Sequence record: OU343167.1
DNA: 64,000 bases
Direction: 5' to 3' (one strand)
Position 1 is the stretch's first letter, and the number at the start of each line of letters is the position of its first letter. Under the pieces are notes generated by a model that saw only the letters and a list, made by a program, of their open reading frames with translations, was not told the DNA's origin and ran no database searches. Both the position numbers and the translations under genes were made by a program. Shown here piece after piece: positions 21,095 through 31,065 of the stretch.

Positions 21095-21385
21095 ATTCCA
21101 CTTTATTTTTTTTTCGCGGGGCCGGCCGTGCATAAGTAACTTGTTGTTAAAGAATAGATATCTTTAATAAAGAGTATTTTCCTTATTAAATGCTTTTTCT
21201 TTAAAAGAAATTTTATATAAATAGTAATTATATGTGGGGGGGACCCTTTGGGGGGGTCCCATATATAATTTCCTTATTCTTTAGTACGGGGGTAGGGAAA
21301 CAAAAACGACTATGTCGCAAAACTTGGAAGAGGGTGTCGTGGGGCTACAAAGCCCCATCCACCCAGTAGTAAAAATTATTTCAAA
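21095..21385. other. Non-coding AT-rich, palindrome-rich region
   Basis: 21141-21230 has only 14 G/C in 90 nt. Inverted repeat 21226-21238/21258-21270 around two G7 runs. Confidence 0.6.
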
Positions 21386-21386
21386 T

Positions 21387-21404
21387 CTATATTACCTAGT
21401 TGAA
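21387..21404 (+). promoter_or_regulatory. Early promoter CTATATTAC-N5-TGAA
   Basis: Exact motif upstream of ORF 21436. Confidence 0.75.
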
Positions 21405-21435
21405 TATTAACTCGTAAAACTGGAAAAAACCGAAA

Positions 21436-21657
21436 ATGAAAACATTGATCCCTGATTCTTTGTTCTTGGTTAACAACGACGAAGATGTCCATGAGTTGAT
21501 CAAACAGATGTACATTAAGTTCAAAGTCGACATGGTCTCCCCTAAGACGATTCTCTGTTCTTATCCGTCAGTGATAATGGCAACGGTTAGTAAAGAGTAT
21601 CAATCTCCAACGACCCTGATTATTCGTGTGGTACCCATTTCTGAAATTCTAACCTGA
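21436..21657 (+). CDS. Hypothetical protein (73 aa)
   Basis: First ORF after the promoter. Confidence 0.65.
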   Translation: MKTLIPDSLFLVNNDEDVHELIKQMYIKFKVDMVSPKTILCSYPSVIMATVSKEYQSPTTLIIRVVPISEILT

Positions 21658-21667
21658 GGAAGTACAA

Positions 21668-21796
21668 ATGAGCGCTATCAATTACAACCGCCTGATGCAA
21701 CATGCTATCGACAACGGTGGCAAATTGGAACTGGTTATCCATGCAAGTGGTAACGGGTTTACTTTCTTGGTCCTTCCTAAAGAGGAATCGAAATGA
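21668..21796 (+). CDS. Small hypothetical protein (42 aa; not in ORF track)
   Basis: GAGGA SD, MSAINYNRLMQHAIDNGG...; ATGA overlap with the next gene. Confidence 0.6.
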   Translation: MSAINYNRLMQHAIDNGGKLELVIHASGNGFTFLVLPKEESK

Positions 21797-22557
21797 AATC
21801 TATTGGCGAAGCACTTCCAGCCATCAAAGATATCTTCAAGAACTTCCTGGTTATTGAAAACGTAGATGAAATCACCTTTGGTGCAGTTCATCCAGTTACC
21901 AGCGATATCTTTCTGAAAGTATCGGAATGGAACGTAACACAGGAAGACTTCGAACTGACCTACAAACCTAGTGAGACAAATATTGAAATCACCAAACAGA
22001 ACCTAGGTTCGTTCTTCAGTGCAATTGGTCAACGTAATACAGTTCATCGATTGGGAGAACATTATCAGAAGCTTATTGAACTGATGATTGCCGAAGGATA
22101 TAAATTCTTTGACGTCCAAAGTTCTTGGAGCTTCGATACCGCCGTTCATTCGGTTAGTTATTATAAACCCAGTGAGTGGATCAAACAGGAAATCGGTCGT
22201 ATTACTTTCTACAGTAATGATCGAGTATATCAGCCTCTAGTTCCTGAGAATACGTCATCTGCGATTAAACATGTCGAAGTTGATGAATACTGTCGTCCAA
22301 AGACAATCACGTTCTTGGATCTGAATACACTGAAGGTTAGTGAAAGACACGAGTTTGACTTCGAGTCAATTCCGAAGATTTATCGGATAACGCCGACAAT
22401 CAGGAATTTTGCTAATCTGGACAATGTATCCATTGTTAACACCATGGTTCACGATAACTGTACGGTAACCTTGATGGTAGGTTACTATCTTGGAGTCGAT
22501 GTTCAGGTTAAAGTCTATCTCAATTCGTTCAAAGACCAAGAGCTAGTTCTTAGCTAA
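21793..22557 (+). CDS. Hypothetical protein (254 aa)
   Basis: GAGGA SD; in operon. Confidence 0.8.
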   Translation: MKSIGEALPAIKDIFKNFLVIENVDEITFGAVHPVTSDIFLKVSEWNVTQEDFELTYKPSETNIEITKQNLGSFFSAIGQRNTVHRLGEHYQKLIELMIAEGYKFFDVQSSWSFDTAVHSVSYYKPSEWIKQEIGRITFYSNDRVYQPLVPENTSSAIKHVEVDEYCRPKTITFLDLNTLKVSERHEFDFESIPKIYRITPTIRNFANLDNVSIVNTMVHDNCTVTLMVGYYLGVDVQVKVYLNSFKDQELVLS

Positions 22558-22703
22558 CAAATACCGGAGTTACGGTTAATATGTGTGACAATGGAGCGTT
22601 TGGTAGTATTCATTTTGGGATGAACAGCAAGACTGTGCTCAATGAACAAGAACGCGACACGCTAGTTACAATTCAAGAAGGTTAATCAAGAGGAAACGTG
22701 GAA

Positions 22704-23651
22704 ATGACTAAAGTAAAAACTCGTGTATACTGCTGTGGTGGTGCTGGTCTGAATATTGGTGTAAACCTTCAATGGCATCCGGATCTGGTATACATTGACA
22801 CCTGCGATAAGAACGTAAGTTCTAGTCATGATATCGATCGTGTCTTTTTGACCGAGGGTACTCGTGGGGCAGGTAAGAACCGTGCATTCATCATGCCTAA
22901 GGTTCGCCATCAGATTGCACCTTTCCTTGAACGATATCCAGCTGGCGATTTCAATATCGTCCTGTTTTCTATGGGCGGTGGTTCTGGTTCTGTTCTTGGT
23001 CCGCTGATTGTATCGGCTCTGGCTAAAGCTGGTGAAACTGTAATTCCAGTCGTTGTCAGTGGTATTGAATCCACTGAGGTTCTGCAAAACGATATCGATA
23101 CCATGAAGACTCTGGAAGGTATCGCTGCTGCAACCAACACCCCGATCAACATCTGTCCGATCGAAAACGTGAACGGCGTTCCGTATTCCGAAATCGACAA
23201 AGATGCGGTATTTGCTGTCCATGCTCTGATTTACCTGTCTAATCAGAAACATGAACGTCTCGATGTACTGGATCTGGATCACTGGGCACGTTTCACTAGT
23301 AAGCATAGTTACATTCAACCGCAACTGTGTGAACTGCATATCCATACTTCTCGTCAAGAAGCAGCTTCTGTCCCTGAGATGATTTCTGTCGCATCCCTGT
23401 ACACAGATGCTTCCAAAGAAGTAGCTTATGGTAATCCGTTTGTTCGGACTGTGGGTATCGCATCCCCTGACGACGAAGACGCTCTGTCTGAGCAACTGCA
23501 CTTCGTTATCAACTCGGTTGGTATCCAAGAGCGGATTAAGTCTCTCCTGGATCAAAAACAGGAACATCATCGTCAGCAAGTTCGTTACACCCAACGAGCT
23601 GCGATCGTTGATATCGATGACAACCGTTCTGATGATGGTTTCGTCCTCTAA
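22704..23651 (+). CDS. phuZ: Phage tubulin PhuZ
   Basis: CCGGAGLNIG nucleotide loop, tubulin signature SMGGGSGS, acidic C-terminal knuckle IDDNRSDDGFVL as in 201phi2-1 PhuZ. ATG 22704 is 9 nt after GAGGA. Confidence 0.95.
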   Translation: MTKVKTRVYCCGGAGLNIGVNLQWHPDLVYIDTCDKNVSSSHDIDRVFLTEGTRGAGKNRAFIMPKVRHQIAPFLERYPAGDFNIVLFSMGGGSGSVLGPLIVSALAKAGETVIPVVVSGIESTEVLQNDIDTMKTLEGIAAATNTPINICPIENVNGVPYSEIDKDAVFAVHALIYLSNQKHERLDVLDLDHWARFTSKHSYIQPQLCELHIHTSRQEAASVPEMISVASLYTDASKEVAYGNPFVRTVGIASPDDEDALSEQLHFVINSVGIQERIKSLLDQKQEHHRQQVRYTQRAAIVDIDDNRSDDGFVL

Positions 23652-23682
23652 ATAAAAGGGGAGCTTCGGCTCCCCTTTTATT
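23652..23682 (+). terminator. Intrinsic terminator
   Basis: ATAAAAGGGGAGC-ttcg-GCTCCCCTTTTAT perfect hairpin. Confidence 0.85.
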
Positions 23683-23697
23683 CCGTCTGGAGGTTTC

Positions 23698-23940
23698 ATG
23701 AGTTGGATCTTAGCTACCATTGTCTCTACAGGAGCTATTGGCGAATTACCTGTAGTTAAAGAAGAAGAAGTTTCTGTGTCTTCCATTGAGGTGTGTAGAG
23801 CCATCATCGATCAACACAGTTCTTTGTATATCCGGAATAATTGGAATATCAGTTACCACCGTGGCGATAACAGTGAACTCCATGTCATCAATACAAATCG
23901 AACAACGAAGATTATCTTTGTTTGTAAGGAGAAGAAATGA
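23698..23940 (+). CDS. Hypothetical protein (80 aa)
   Basis: GGAGG SD. Confidence 0.7.
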   Translation: MSWILATIVSTGAIGELPVVKEEEVSVSSIEVCRAIIDQHSSLYIRNNWNISYHRGDNSELHVINTNRTTKIIFVCKEKK

Positions 23941-24359
23941 TAAAGCTTACACCTGAACGTCTTATCAAACTGGCCGTTGATTGCACTGAAGTATTGATGC
24001 GAACTGTGGCACAGAATGACCGTATTACCATTGGTGAACTCGCTATTAACTGCGACGTCTGTAATAACACAATGCGCAGTGCATTGAAAGCTTTGCTCTC
24101 TGACTCCGAGACAAGGGCTGCACTCCAAGTACTGTTTTATTATATCCAAGCAGAGGATACTTTCTACAAACAGGAAGATCTACCGGACGATGAGTTTATT
24201 CAAGCTCTGAGTGGAACTGACCTTTATCAAAGGGATATAATGGACAGTGCCCGCATTTGGGCTACGTATGCCAGGCGCGATGCTGTTGAAATGCATGAAC
24301 ATCGTAAAGCCGTAGGTGAACGAGCTATAGAACGTTATCAAGGTTATATGAAGCCTTAA
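23937..24359 (+). CDS. Hypothetical protein (140 aa)
   Basis: ATGA overlap with the previous gene; AGGAG SD. Confidence 0.75.
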   Translation: MIKLTPERLIKLAVDCTEVLMRTVAQNDRITIGELAINCDVCNNTMRSALKALLSDSETRAALQVLFYYIQAEDTFYKQEDLPDDEFIQALSGTDLYQRDIMDSARIWATYARRDAVEMHEHRKAVGERAIERYQGYMKP

Positions 24360-24435
24360 TAACCGTCCAATCTTTTGTATCAATTAACAACAGTAAGGAA
24401 TCAATAATGAAACCTGATTAAACCTCTAAGGAGGA

Positions 24436-24933
24436 ATGATGGCTAAGACAGCAGCGAAAAAGCTCGATGAGCTAATGGCAGCTGAGCTTAACCTCGAACT
24501 CTCCAATTACACAGCGATGTTACACCATGCCGTCACCTTAGTCGGCGTTCTTGAAGGCTTTGTGTTTGTATATGACAAGAATGGAGTCACATGTTACGAC
24601 AAAGTTGATGCGTGGTCTGAAGTCAATGGAATGCGTTTGAGGATAGCTCGGTTCCAGTCTAATCCAATGGTCGAGGATAGGCTTGCTAAAAGGATTTACA
24701 AACGTTGGTATGTTCATGGGGGTGGAATGTTAATTCCATTGAACATTACTAAAGTAGATGACCTAAAAGAAAATTTCTATTTCAAGATTGATGACAACCC
24801 CGGTCATTGTACATTCACCGTTTTTACAGAGGATGCTCCGTTTATACGTAGTAAGCCATTGTTATTTAACAGAAAGAGTCATCCCGGATGGGGTGTAACA
24901 TTAACCGAAACATGTAAAGAAAAAGTGGCATAA
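24436..24933 (+). CDS. Hypothetical protein (165 aa)
   Basis: AAGGAGG SD. Confidence 0.75.
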   Translation: MMAKTAAKKLDELMAAELNLELSNYTAMLHHAVTLVGVLEGFVFVYDKNGVTCYDKVDAWSEVNGMRLRIARFQSNPMVEDRLAKRIYKRWYVHGGGMLIPLNITKVDDLKENFYFKIDDNPGHCTFTVFTEDAPFIRSKPLLFNRKSHPGWGVTLTETCKEKVA

Positions 24934-24966
24934 ATGCTCTCCCTTAGATGGGAGAGCTTATGTCCA
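24927..24966 (+). terminator. Intrinsic terminator
   Basis: GGCATAAATGCTCTCCC-ttagat-GGGAGAGCTTATGTCC. Confidence 0.75.
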
Positions 24967-24985
24967 TTGTCCATGGGAGATAGAA

Positions 24986-25552
24986 ATGTTTAACGATATA
25001 GCTACCCTGATCCAGATCTGGAGACTTCTCGGCCGTCAGCGTTCTGCATGTATCGACCCTAATACCAAACGCCATGTTCAATTGTGGTATGCGCCAAATA
25101 AAAATTCTATCCTGATGCAAGGGACGGATCCAAATAAGCGGTTGTGTCCCGATGCTGTATTTGAACTTGATCCTCTCTCGAAACGGCTTGATCGTATCAA
25201 CTGTCTTTGGGCTGAAGATCAGGATAGTGCCCATGAGTTAATTTATAACACTCTCCAATTTATCGTTCATCGATCGTTTGAAAAGACAGTCGTAGATCGG
25301 GTGTCTAAACTTCCACGTCAAGCGTGGAATGATAGCGTGCATAATAACCTAGAGTTCTACAGTTCTCCTATCGACAAAGATATACTGTGGATCCGTCACA
25401 CTGCCGCCAGATGGCGTCAATGGCCCGTAGAGGTCAATCTTTCAGAAAAGACCGTGACGTTTGATTACTCTACTGAAGAACCTATCCCTACCCGTGCTGG
25501 TATCATGCTAGCAATTGAAGCGATGGAGAAAGTTAATGCAAAGTCCAAATGA
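24986..25552 (+). CDS. Hypothetical protein (188 aa)
   Basis: GGAG SD. Confidence 0.75.
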   Translation: MFNDIATLIQIWRLLGRQRSACIDPNTKRHVQLWYAPNKNSILMQGTDPNKRLCPDAVFELDPLSKRLDRINCLWAEDQDSAHELIYNTLQFIVHRSFEKTVVDRVSKLPRQAWNDSVHNNLEFYSSPIDKDILWIRHTAARWRQWPVEVNLSEKTVTFDYSTEEPIPTRAGIMLAIEAMEKVNAKSK

Positions 25553-25814
25553 GCAACTCAAAGAAATGATCCGAGAATGGATCGAACTTGAACTCGATGA
25601 AACCTGCGTAGCTGGTGATAGTTATACTCGTCTTGCTGTCAAAAAGAAGGGTAATGTAATTACCTTTTCTAGTCGTAGTCGCGGACATACAAAGGAATAT
25701 CTCACTGCCACTTTGACGGGTGATGAAATTGAACTCTCGTCCACGCAAGGTGAAGTCCGCCAGTGGATCAGTACGGCACAGTTTTGTATTGGAAAGACAC
25801 TCCAAAACTACTGA
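25536..25814 (+). CDS. Hypothetical protein (92 aa)
   Basis: ATG 25536 with GGAG SD. Confidence 0.7.
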   Translation: MQSPNEQLKEMIREWIELELDETCVAGDSYTRLAVKKKGNVITFSSRSRGHTKEYLTATLTGDEIELSSTQGEVRQWISTAQFCIGKTLQNY

Positions 25815-25840
25815 TATGTAATCACTATAGAGTACTTAGC

Positions 25841-26269
25841 ATGACGCAACGTGAACACATCATCGAGATCATGAAAACTTGGGCTACTACCAATAAGTGC
25901 CCACCTGAAGAAATGGCCCTAGGTCATCTCAGTGCAATGGTTATTTACAATCTGCGTAAAGAAGTGAATACCATTGATATCTTTCTGACACCTGCTCAAT
26001 ACAATCGCTGGATTGAAGCTGGTAACGAAGAGACAGAAGACGATCAAGGTAAGTTCATTGTCTTCTATGATTTCACCCGTTTGCGCAAAATGACAAAGGA
26101 GCAACAAGGACAACTTGTTAATAGTTACGAGGTCCAAGTTCTCCATCCCCTTCACCTGAAAGAAACGTTTGAAGCCCTTGAGAAGATAGAATCGAGAGAC
26201 CCTAAAGTACGGGCTAAGGATCATCGTGCTGTACAAGATCTCGATGTATTCCTTAGACGTTATTGGTGA
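25841..26269 (+). CDS. Hypothetical protein (142 aa)
   Basis: Start moved to ATG 25841 to avoid an overlap. Confidence 0.7.
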   Translation: MTQREHIIEIMKTWATTNKCPPEEMALGHLSAMVIYNLRKEVNTIDIFLTPAQYNRWIEAGNEETEDDQGKFIVFYDFTRLRKMTKEQQGQLVNSYEVQVLHPLHLKETFEALEKIESRDPKVRAKDHRAVQDLDVFLRRYW

Positions 26270-26275
26270 GATAAA

Positions 26276-26683
26276 ATGATAAGTCTGTTTGCGATATTTT
26301 TGTCTTTCTTCATCGGTCTTGGTATTTCCTTTACTATCATTGCGATAGATAAAAAGAAATATAGAGACGATAACAATAACCGTCATCCTGAACTGGAGCT
26401 ACGTGTTAATCAGTTAGCTAATTGGTTGATAACCACGGTTGTTGTATTCATGGCAAGCGTGACGGTTGGCTTCCTTAATAAGAATGTTGATAGCATGTGG
26501 ATTGGTGCGGGTATTGTTACGCTTGTAGCGATAATTGCTATTATAGGTAAACTATATTCGATACATGTATTCAACTTAATGGAAGATGTAAAACAGAAAT
26601 ATAAGCCTGCTGCTGTTGAAGCATACTTATTTTCTTTCTGGGTTATCTTGCTGTTGGATAAAGCTCTTTTAGTAAACATTTAG
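26276..26683 (+). CDS. Membrane protein (135 aa, ~4 TM)
   Basis: Four long hydrophobic segments. Confidence 0.75.
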   Translation: MISLFAIFLSFFIGLGISFTIIAIDKKKYRDDNNNRHPELELRVNQLANWLITTVVVFMASVTVGFLNKNVDSMWIGAGIVTLVAIIAIIGKLYSIHVFNLMEDVKQKYKPAAVEAYLFSFWVILLLDKALLVNI

Positions 26684-26689
26684 ATACAG

Positions 26690-26712
26690 GCCCACCCTTC
26701 GGGGTGGGTTTA
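26690..26712 (+). terminator. Intrinsic terminator
   Basis: GCCCACCC-ttcg-GGGTGGGT-TTATTTT. Confidence 0.8.
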
Positions 26713-26750
26713 TTTTGTTTTTCTTTTTTACATTCAAACCAATTTAAAGG

Positions 26751-26768
26751 CTATATTACAAACGTGAT
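26751..26768 (+). promoter_or_regulatory. Early promoter CTATATTAC-N5-TGAT
   Basis: Exact motif after a terminator, upstream of 26793. Confidence 0.75.
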
Positions 26769-26792
26769 AATAAACCTTAGAGGTATCACGAC

Positions 26793-27017
26793 ATGAATAG
26801 CCATGCGTACAAAACCGTAAAGGTTCTCGGTCGTGATTACCGAGTAACCAGCAATAGTAAATTTGTAACCATTCTTGATGCACGTGGTAACATGTGCTTT
26901 AACTTGAATGTAGTTGAACGTAAAGCTACACAGCCATGCGAATCTTTCCGTCGTTATTGTGCCGGTGTTGGCGTTACTCCGAAAGCAATGATCCTGTCTA
27001 TTCTTAATAACGTGTAA
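26793..27017 (+). CDS. Hypothetical protein (74 aa)
   Basis: GAGG SD, after the promoter. Confidence 0.75.
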   Translation: MNSHAYKTVKVLGRDYRVTSNSKFVTILDARGNMCFNLNVVERKATQPCESFRRYCAGVGVTPKAMILSILNNV

Positions 27018-27028
27018 AGAGATTGATT

Positions 27029-27259
27029 ATGCAAGCTTTCTTTGATAAGATCCAAGCTGAAGCCAAACGTGTTGTCGAAACTAATCCTCAGGGCCGTTGG
27101 ACTTATGGGGATTGGGATGTCTTCGTTCAGGAAGATAAGGTCATCATTAATGATAGTAATCTAGAGCTTGTTGCTGAAGCATCGGCATCGAAACCTGATT
27201 TGGTTTGCATGAAATGTGATCCTGATGACGTTCTGGAATGCTTGGAGCGTTTGTCATAA
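27029..27259 (+). CDS. Hypothetical protein (76 aa)
   Basis: ATG 27029; terminator follows. Confidence 0.7.
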   Translation: MQAFFDKIQAEAKRVVETNPQGRWTYGDWDVFVQEDKVIINDSNLELVAEASASKPDLVCMKCDPDDVLECLERLS

Positions 27260-27260
27260 T

Positions 27261-27305
27261 GGCATAAAGCCCCTACCTTCGGGTAGGGGCTATGCTTATT
27301 TTTTT
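27261..27305. terminator. Bidirectional terminator
   Basis: GGCATAAAGCCCCTACC-ttcg-GGTAGGGGCTATGC-T run, between convergent genes. Confidence 0.85.
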
Positions 27306-28223
27306 TTATTTTAGATAATACATGGCATTACTAGCAGCGTTGACTGAACTGTTACCAGAACCACCGAAACAATACAACCGTTTTCCATCGGATACAATAC
27401 TCGAATTGAATACGATATTAGCTATATTCTTGAACAATACCCATTTATTTTCATCGGGTAAATATTCGTAGATATTTTTATTCGCGTTGTTATTGATTAA
27501 GGGTGCATCAGGCATCAGGAATATCCGACCATCCATGGTGAAGCCACTACCAACCCAAGTAGTAATTGGGAAATTACTTAGCTGTACCCACGTATTTGTG
27601 GATAAAGTATATTCCCAGAAATCATTACGATTGCTAACGCCACCGATTAAATAGAATTTACCATTTAGATAAACACTAGCAGACGATGTTCTAGCTGGCG
27701 GGCGAAGTGTTGGTTGGGTTACAGTTTCCCAAGTGTCGGTAGCGATATTATATTTCATTAACACGTCGTTTGACGGCGTGCCACCGTAAGTATAAATAAA
27801 GCCCGACTCATAGAACATGTGGAAATCGTAACGAGCCACAGGTGGGGATTTCAAAACCAGTTTTTCTTTTGTTAATGGATCAATCCTAACAAAAGTGCTA
27901 TTAACAGCATTACCTGGAAATGTAGCGCCGCCGAGGTGGTACAGATATGTTCCATCGTTAACGATACCAGAGAAATATACAGACGACGGAACAGTACTGA
28001 AGTTTTGATCATACACACCAGTGGCAAGATCATACGTCATTAACGTCGAAGTGGATACACCATTTGTTCCACCTTGCGTGCCGCCACCAGCAATATATAC
28101 TTTACCATTGAGTAGGGTTGCAGGTGCACCTACCCTAGTAACAGGCATGTTAGGACCCTGTACAGGGATTCCTTGCCATCCAAGATTAGTTCTGACTAAT
28201 GTAGCGAGTAAAGACTCGAACAT
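27306..28223 (-). CDS. Kelch-repeat beta-propeller protein, probably virion-associated (305 aa)
   Basis: Six kelch-like blades (YIAGGG, YHLGGA, YTYGGT, YLIGGV, FLMPDA, YCFGGS, with downstream Y..W). Start MFESLL at 28223 with AGGTG SD. Confidence 0.85.
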   Translation of the reverse strand: MFESLLATLVRTNLGWQGIPVQGPNMPVTRVGAPATLLNGKVYIAGGGTQGGTNGVSTSTLMTYDLATGVYDQNFSTVPSSVYFSGIVNDGTYLYHLGGATFPGNAVNSTFVRIDPLTKEKLVLKSPPVARYDFHMFYESGFIYTYGGTPSNDVLMKYNIATDTWETVTQPTLRPPARTSSASVYLNGKFYLIGGVSNRNDFWEYTLSTNTWVQLSNFPITTWVGSGFTMDGRIFLMPDAPLINNNANKNIYEYLPDENKWVLFKNIANIVFNSSIVSDGKRLYCFGGSGNSSVNAASNAMYYLK

Positions 28224-28239
28224 ATAAACACCTACGCCC

Positions 28240-29052
28240 TTACGGCGCCGCCATGATAGTACGGATATGGTGTCGGTTACCTTCAGGGTCATTGAAGTTC
28301 CGGGATACCTTCCGCCACTTCTTCAGTTGCTCATCATAGAGATCGTTCGCTTCAGACCATTCGTAAACTTTGTCACGGAATACACCAAGCTCTTGACCGC
28401 CGGATAACTGAGCTTCACCCATATTGATGTAAAGTTCATTATAGCAGTAGGCTTTAACAGCATATTCAACTAGTTTAGAGAATACAGGGATAGCCTGAGG
28501 ACGAATATTAAGTAACTCGTCATCATTACCCAAGCGACACGATAAATACGCGGTATGTGAAGGCAAGTAAATAAATCTAACCATTACAGTGTTATGGTTA
28601 ATCAAGTTAATGTATGCAGTCTGTGCAACAGGTAGTCTTCGCGCAGAGTCTAATACTTTACGTGATTCAGCACCAATAGTCGATTCATTATAGTGCATTG
28701 CATATCCAGAGTTCTGATAACCTAGGATACCGAAGTGAATACTAAATACCTGGACGATGGGACGCTGTTGGGTGTATTCATCCGGGATATAGTAAATAAC
28801 AGTGTACGGATCGACATATTCAGACTTAACAGGAAAGTCCAGTGGAATATAAGTTTTAGTTCCACCGATCAAGTTCATGTCTGCAAAGACACGTGGTTCT
28901 AATACCGCCTCTCGAATTCTAGTTTCAAGAGAAATGACTTCACCGCAAATAGCTGCATTAGATGCAGCTTCTTGTCCAATGAAAACAGACTCTAGAATCT
29001 GACGGGGAATTCGGAAAGGTAAATCTCGAAGTGCATATTGAATAGCATTCAT
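28240..29052 (-). CDS. Conserved phiKZ-like protein (270 aa)
   Basis: ORF with AGGGG SD, upstream of the kelch gene. Confidence 0.7.
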   Translation of the reverse strand: MNAIQYALRDLPFRIPRQILESVFIGQEAASNAAICGEVISLETRIREAVLEPRVFADMNLIGGTKTYIPLDFPVKSEYVDPYTVIYYIPDEYTQQRPIVQVFSIHFGILGYQNSGYAMHYNESTIGAESRKVLDSARRLPVAQTAYINLINHNTVMVRFIYLPSHTAYLSCRLGNDDELLNIRPQAIPVFSKLVEYAVKAYCYNELYINMGEAQLSGGQELGVFRDKVYEWSEANDLYDEQLKKWRKVSRNFNDPEGNRHHIRTIMAAP

Positions 29053-29163
29053 GTTTAAACGCCCCTAGGAAGCTCGCCAGCGAACGAACACCCATGGAGA
29101 TAATACCCAGGTGGGGTATCATATACAACGGGGGTTCTGTGACGATTTTAAAAGATTTCAAAT

Positions 29164-29181
29164 CTATATCATAGCTCTGAG
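29164..29181 (+). promoter_or_regulatory. Promoter variant CTATATCAT-N5-TGAG
   Basis: Variant of the repeated motif at the head of the 29.2-33.8 kb operon. Confidence 0.55.
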
Positions 29182-29201
29182 TGATTTCCGGAATACTAAC
29201 T

Positions 29202-29594
29202 ATGATTCCTCAAAGACAAGTTCAACTTCATGCCTTCGAGTTGGCTGGAGTCATAAAGGCCATTACTCAACCACCCTTCATGGCTTTAGTTAAATCTAAA
29301 GCAATTGAATCGGTTGACATGGATACTACTGACTTCTCAGGACTCCTGGTAAAAGCTAAGGAACAGTTAATAGATGATTTCATCCAGAACGCAATAAATT
29401 CGTTTCAATGTTGTTTTGTAATGGGTTACGCACCATATCGTAACACGCAGGCCGAACTGGAATGGATGGCATTTCATAATGAGGCGCGTTCATTACTTTA
29501 CGACACTCTCAATCTTCCAGTGGAAGCTTCCGGGATGCATGTTGGTTACAGACGTATTGGTTCTGTTATCTACTTAGCAATACCTATCAATTAA
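29202..29594 (+). CDS. Hypothetical protein (130 aa)
   Basis: ATG 29202 preferred over GTG 29181. Confidence 0.7.
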   Translation: MIPQRQVQLHAFELAGVIKAITQPPFMALVKSKAIESVDMDTTDFSGLLVKAKEQLIDDFIQNAINSFQCCFVMGYAPYRNTQAELEWMAFHNEARSLLYDTLNLPVEASGMHVGYRRIGSVIYLAIPIN

Positions 29595-29610
29595 TAAATG
29601 GAGCAATGCA

Positions 29611-30630
29611 ATGTCGTCCAAACGGTTTGTAGTGCTTGAGATTAACCCACAGGTAGATGTCCTGTATACATATCTCGAACACTTTACCAAAAGCAATCCG
29701 CATCTGGGTCTACCGCGCCCGACTCGTAACACCGCGATTCAACTGGTGTTCCTTACAGTCAAAGAAATCTTGACTAGTCGAAGTGCATTCGAAACAGAGA
29801 TTGACTACGAGGTACATAAAGCAGGTGCCCTATTTAATTCACCTCCAGGCACATTAGATGAAAAACAACTGGAGGTTTATAAGATCTTTGCTAGTGATGT
29901 TATCTGGGAAGGCGTTACGATTGAAATCGATAATCAATTGGAACACCACATTGATCGACGCACCTATACCGAATGGAAACCAGTCTGCATTGGTAACCTT
30001 ATTGGGCTTGCTGAAGGTGAAGATCATAGAATCCAAGAATACTATCGCCTGACCGATCAGCATAATGATGACAGCCATGCCGAGATTGCATTGAACTGCA
30101 CTTCTCTAGTGTCGTATCTACATGGTGAATTCATGCGTACATTTGGAGCCGTAATGCGAGATCCAAATACGTTGACCCGTGCAATTGCAATGATGGGTAA
30201 ACATCGTACACCTGAACGAGTTCAGAAAGTAATTGATTTCCTGAATAATCCCAACAGGGCCATGGCAGCAGTGTTCTTGGATACACTGACAACTATGTAT
30301 CCAATGATAACCCTTGATCCCATTTGTCCTCAAGTGAACGATGATTTGTTCGCACTTGTTGGTATTGCTAACATGGAGGAATTCAAACAAAATTACGTGC
30401 GTAAAGTTATCACGGCTTTCGGCCTGAGTTACTTCTCGTCGTATGTTAAACGGGATAAGAAATACACGCTTGAATACAGTTCTAGTCACATTCTCGCCAT
30501 ATACGAAATGAAAGGGATCAGTCGTACGGAGAAAGAAATGATGGAGCTTGTTGCATCGTTCCTTCGTAACGATTATCTTCCCCCAGAACAACGGGCTATT
30601 GCAGAACGTTGGTATTTGGAAAATAACTAA
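29611..30630 (+). CDS. Hypothetical protein (339 aa)
   Basis: GGAG SD; long ORF. Confidence 0.8.
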   Translation: MSSKRFVVLEINPQVDVLYTYLEHFTKSNPHLGLPRPTRNTAIQLVFLTVKEILTSRSAFETEIDYEVHKAGALFNSPPGTLDEKQLEVYKIFASDVIWEGVTIEIDNQLEHHIDRRTYTEWKPVCIGNLIGLAEGEDHRIQEYYRLTDQHNDDSHAEIALNCTSLVSYLHGEFMRTFGAVMRDPNTLTRAIAMMGKHRTPERVQKVIDFLNNPNRAMAAVFLDTLTTMYPMITLDPICPQVNDDLFALVGIANMEEFKQNYVRKVITAFGLSYFSSYVKRDKKYTLEYSSSHILAIYEMKGISRTEKEMMELVASFLRNDYLPPEQRAIAERWYLENN

Positions 30631-30661
30631 CATAGGGCCTCCGAAAGGAGGCTTTATGCCG
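30631..30661 (+). terminator. Intrinsic terminator
   Basis: CATAGGGCCTCC-gaaa-GGAGGCTTTATGCCG. Confidence 0.8.
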
Positions 30662-30672
30662 GAGAGATAAAT

Positions 30673-31065
30673 GTGAGAGAACAGTTATTGATAACATTCA
30701 AGGCGTCGGATTTCATCGGCATGGTCGATGATAAATATTACGATGTAATGCGTAATATCGGACGAGAAGGTCTTGTCGATCTAATTGCCACATCTATTTG
30801 CTGGCAGCTTGACTTTGATAATGAAGAACATATTGAGCTCTTTGAGAAATCAGTTCTTTTAATCTGCGGATACAAGAAAGAGTCAAATAAATCTAAACCC
30901 AAAGACACTCATGACAAGATACTCATTGAGTTCGTCATGAATAGGGTTAAGGCACTGGGATATCTTATCCCAGATTGTATCCATCTTGACTACGCAAATA
31001 GAAAAGTTTACTTAGACGAGAAATCAGATACAGTCTACTTAATCGTGGGGTATTACGTTGCGTGA
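30673..31065 (+). CDS. Hypothetical protein (130 aa)
   Basis: GTG start 8 nt after GGAG. Confidence 0.7.
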   Translation: MREQLLITFKASDFIGMVDDKYYDVMRNIGREGLVDLIATSICWQLDFDNEEHIELFEKSVLLICGYKKESNKSKPKDTHDKILIEFVMNRVKALGYLIPDCIHLDYANRKVYLDEKSDTVYLIVGYYVA

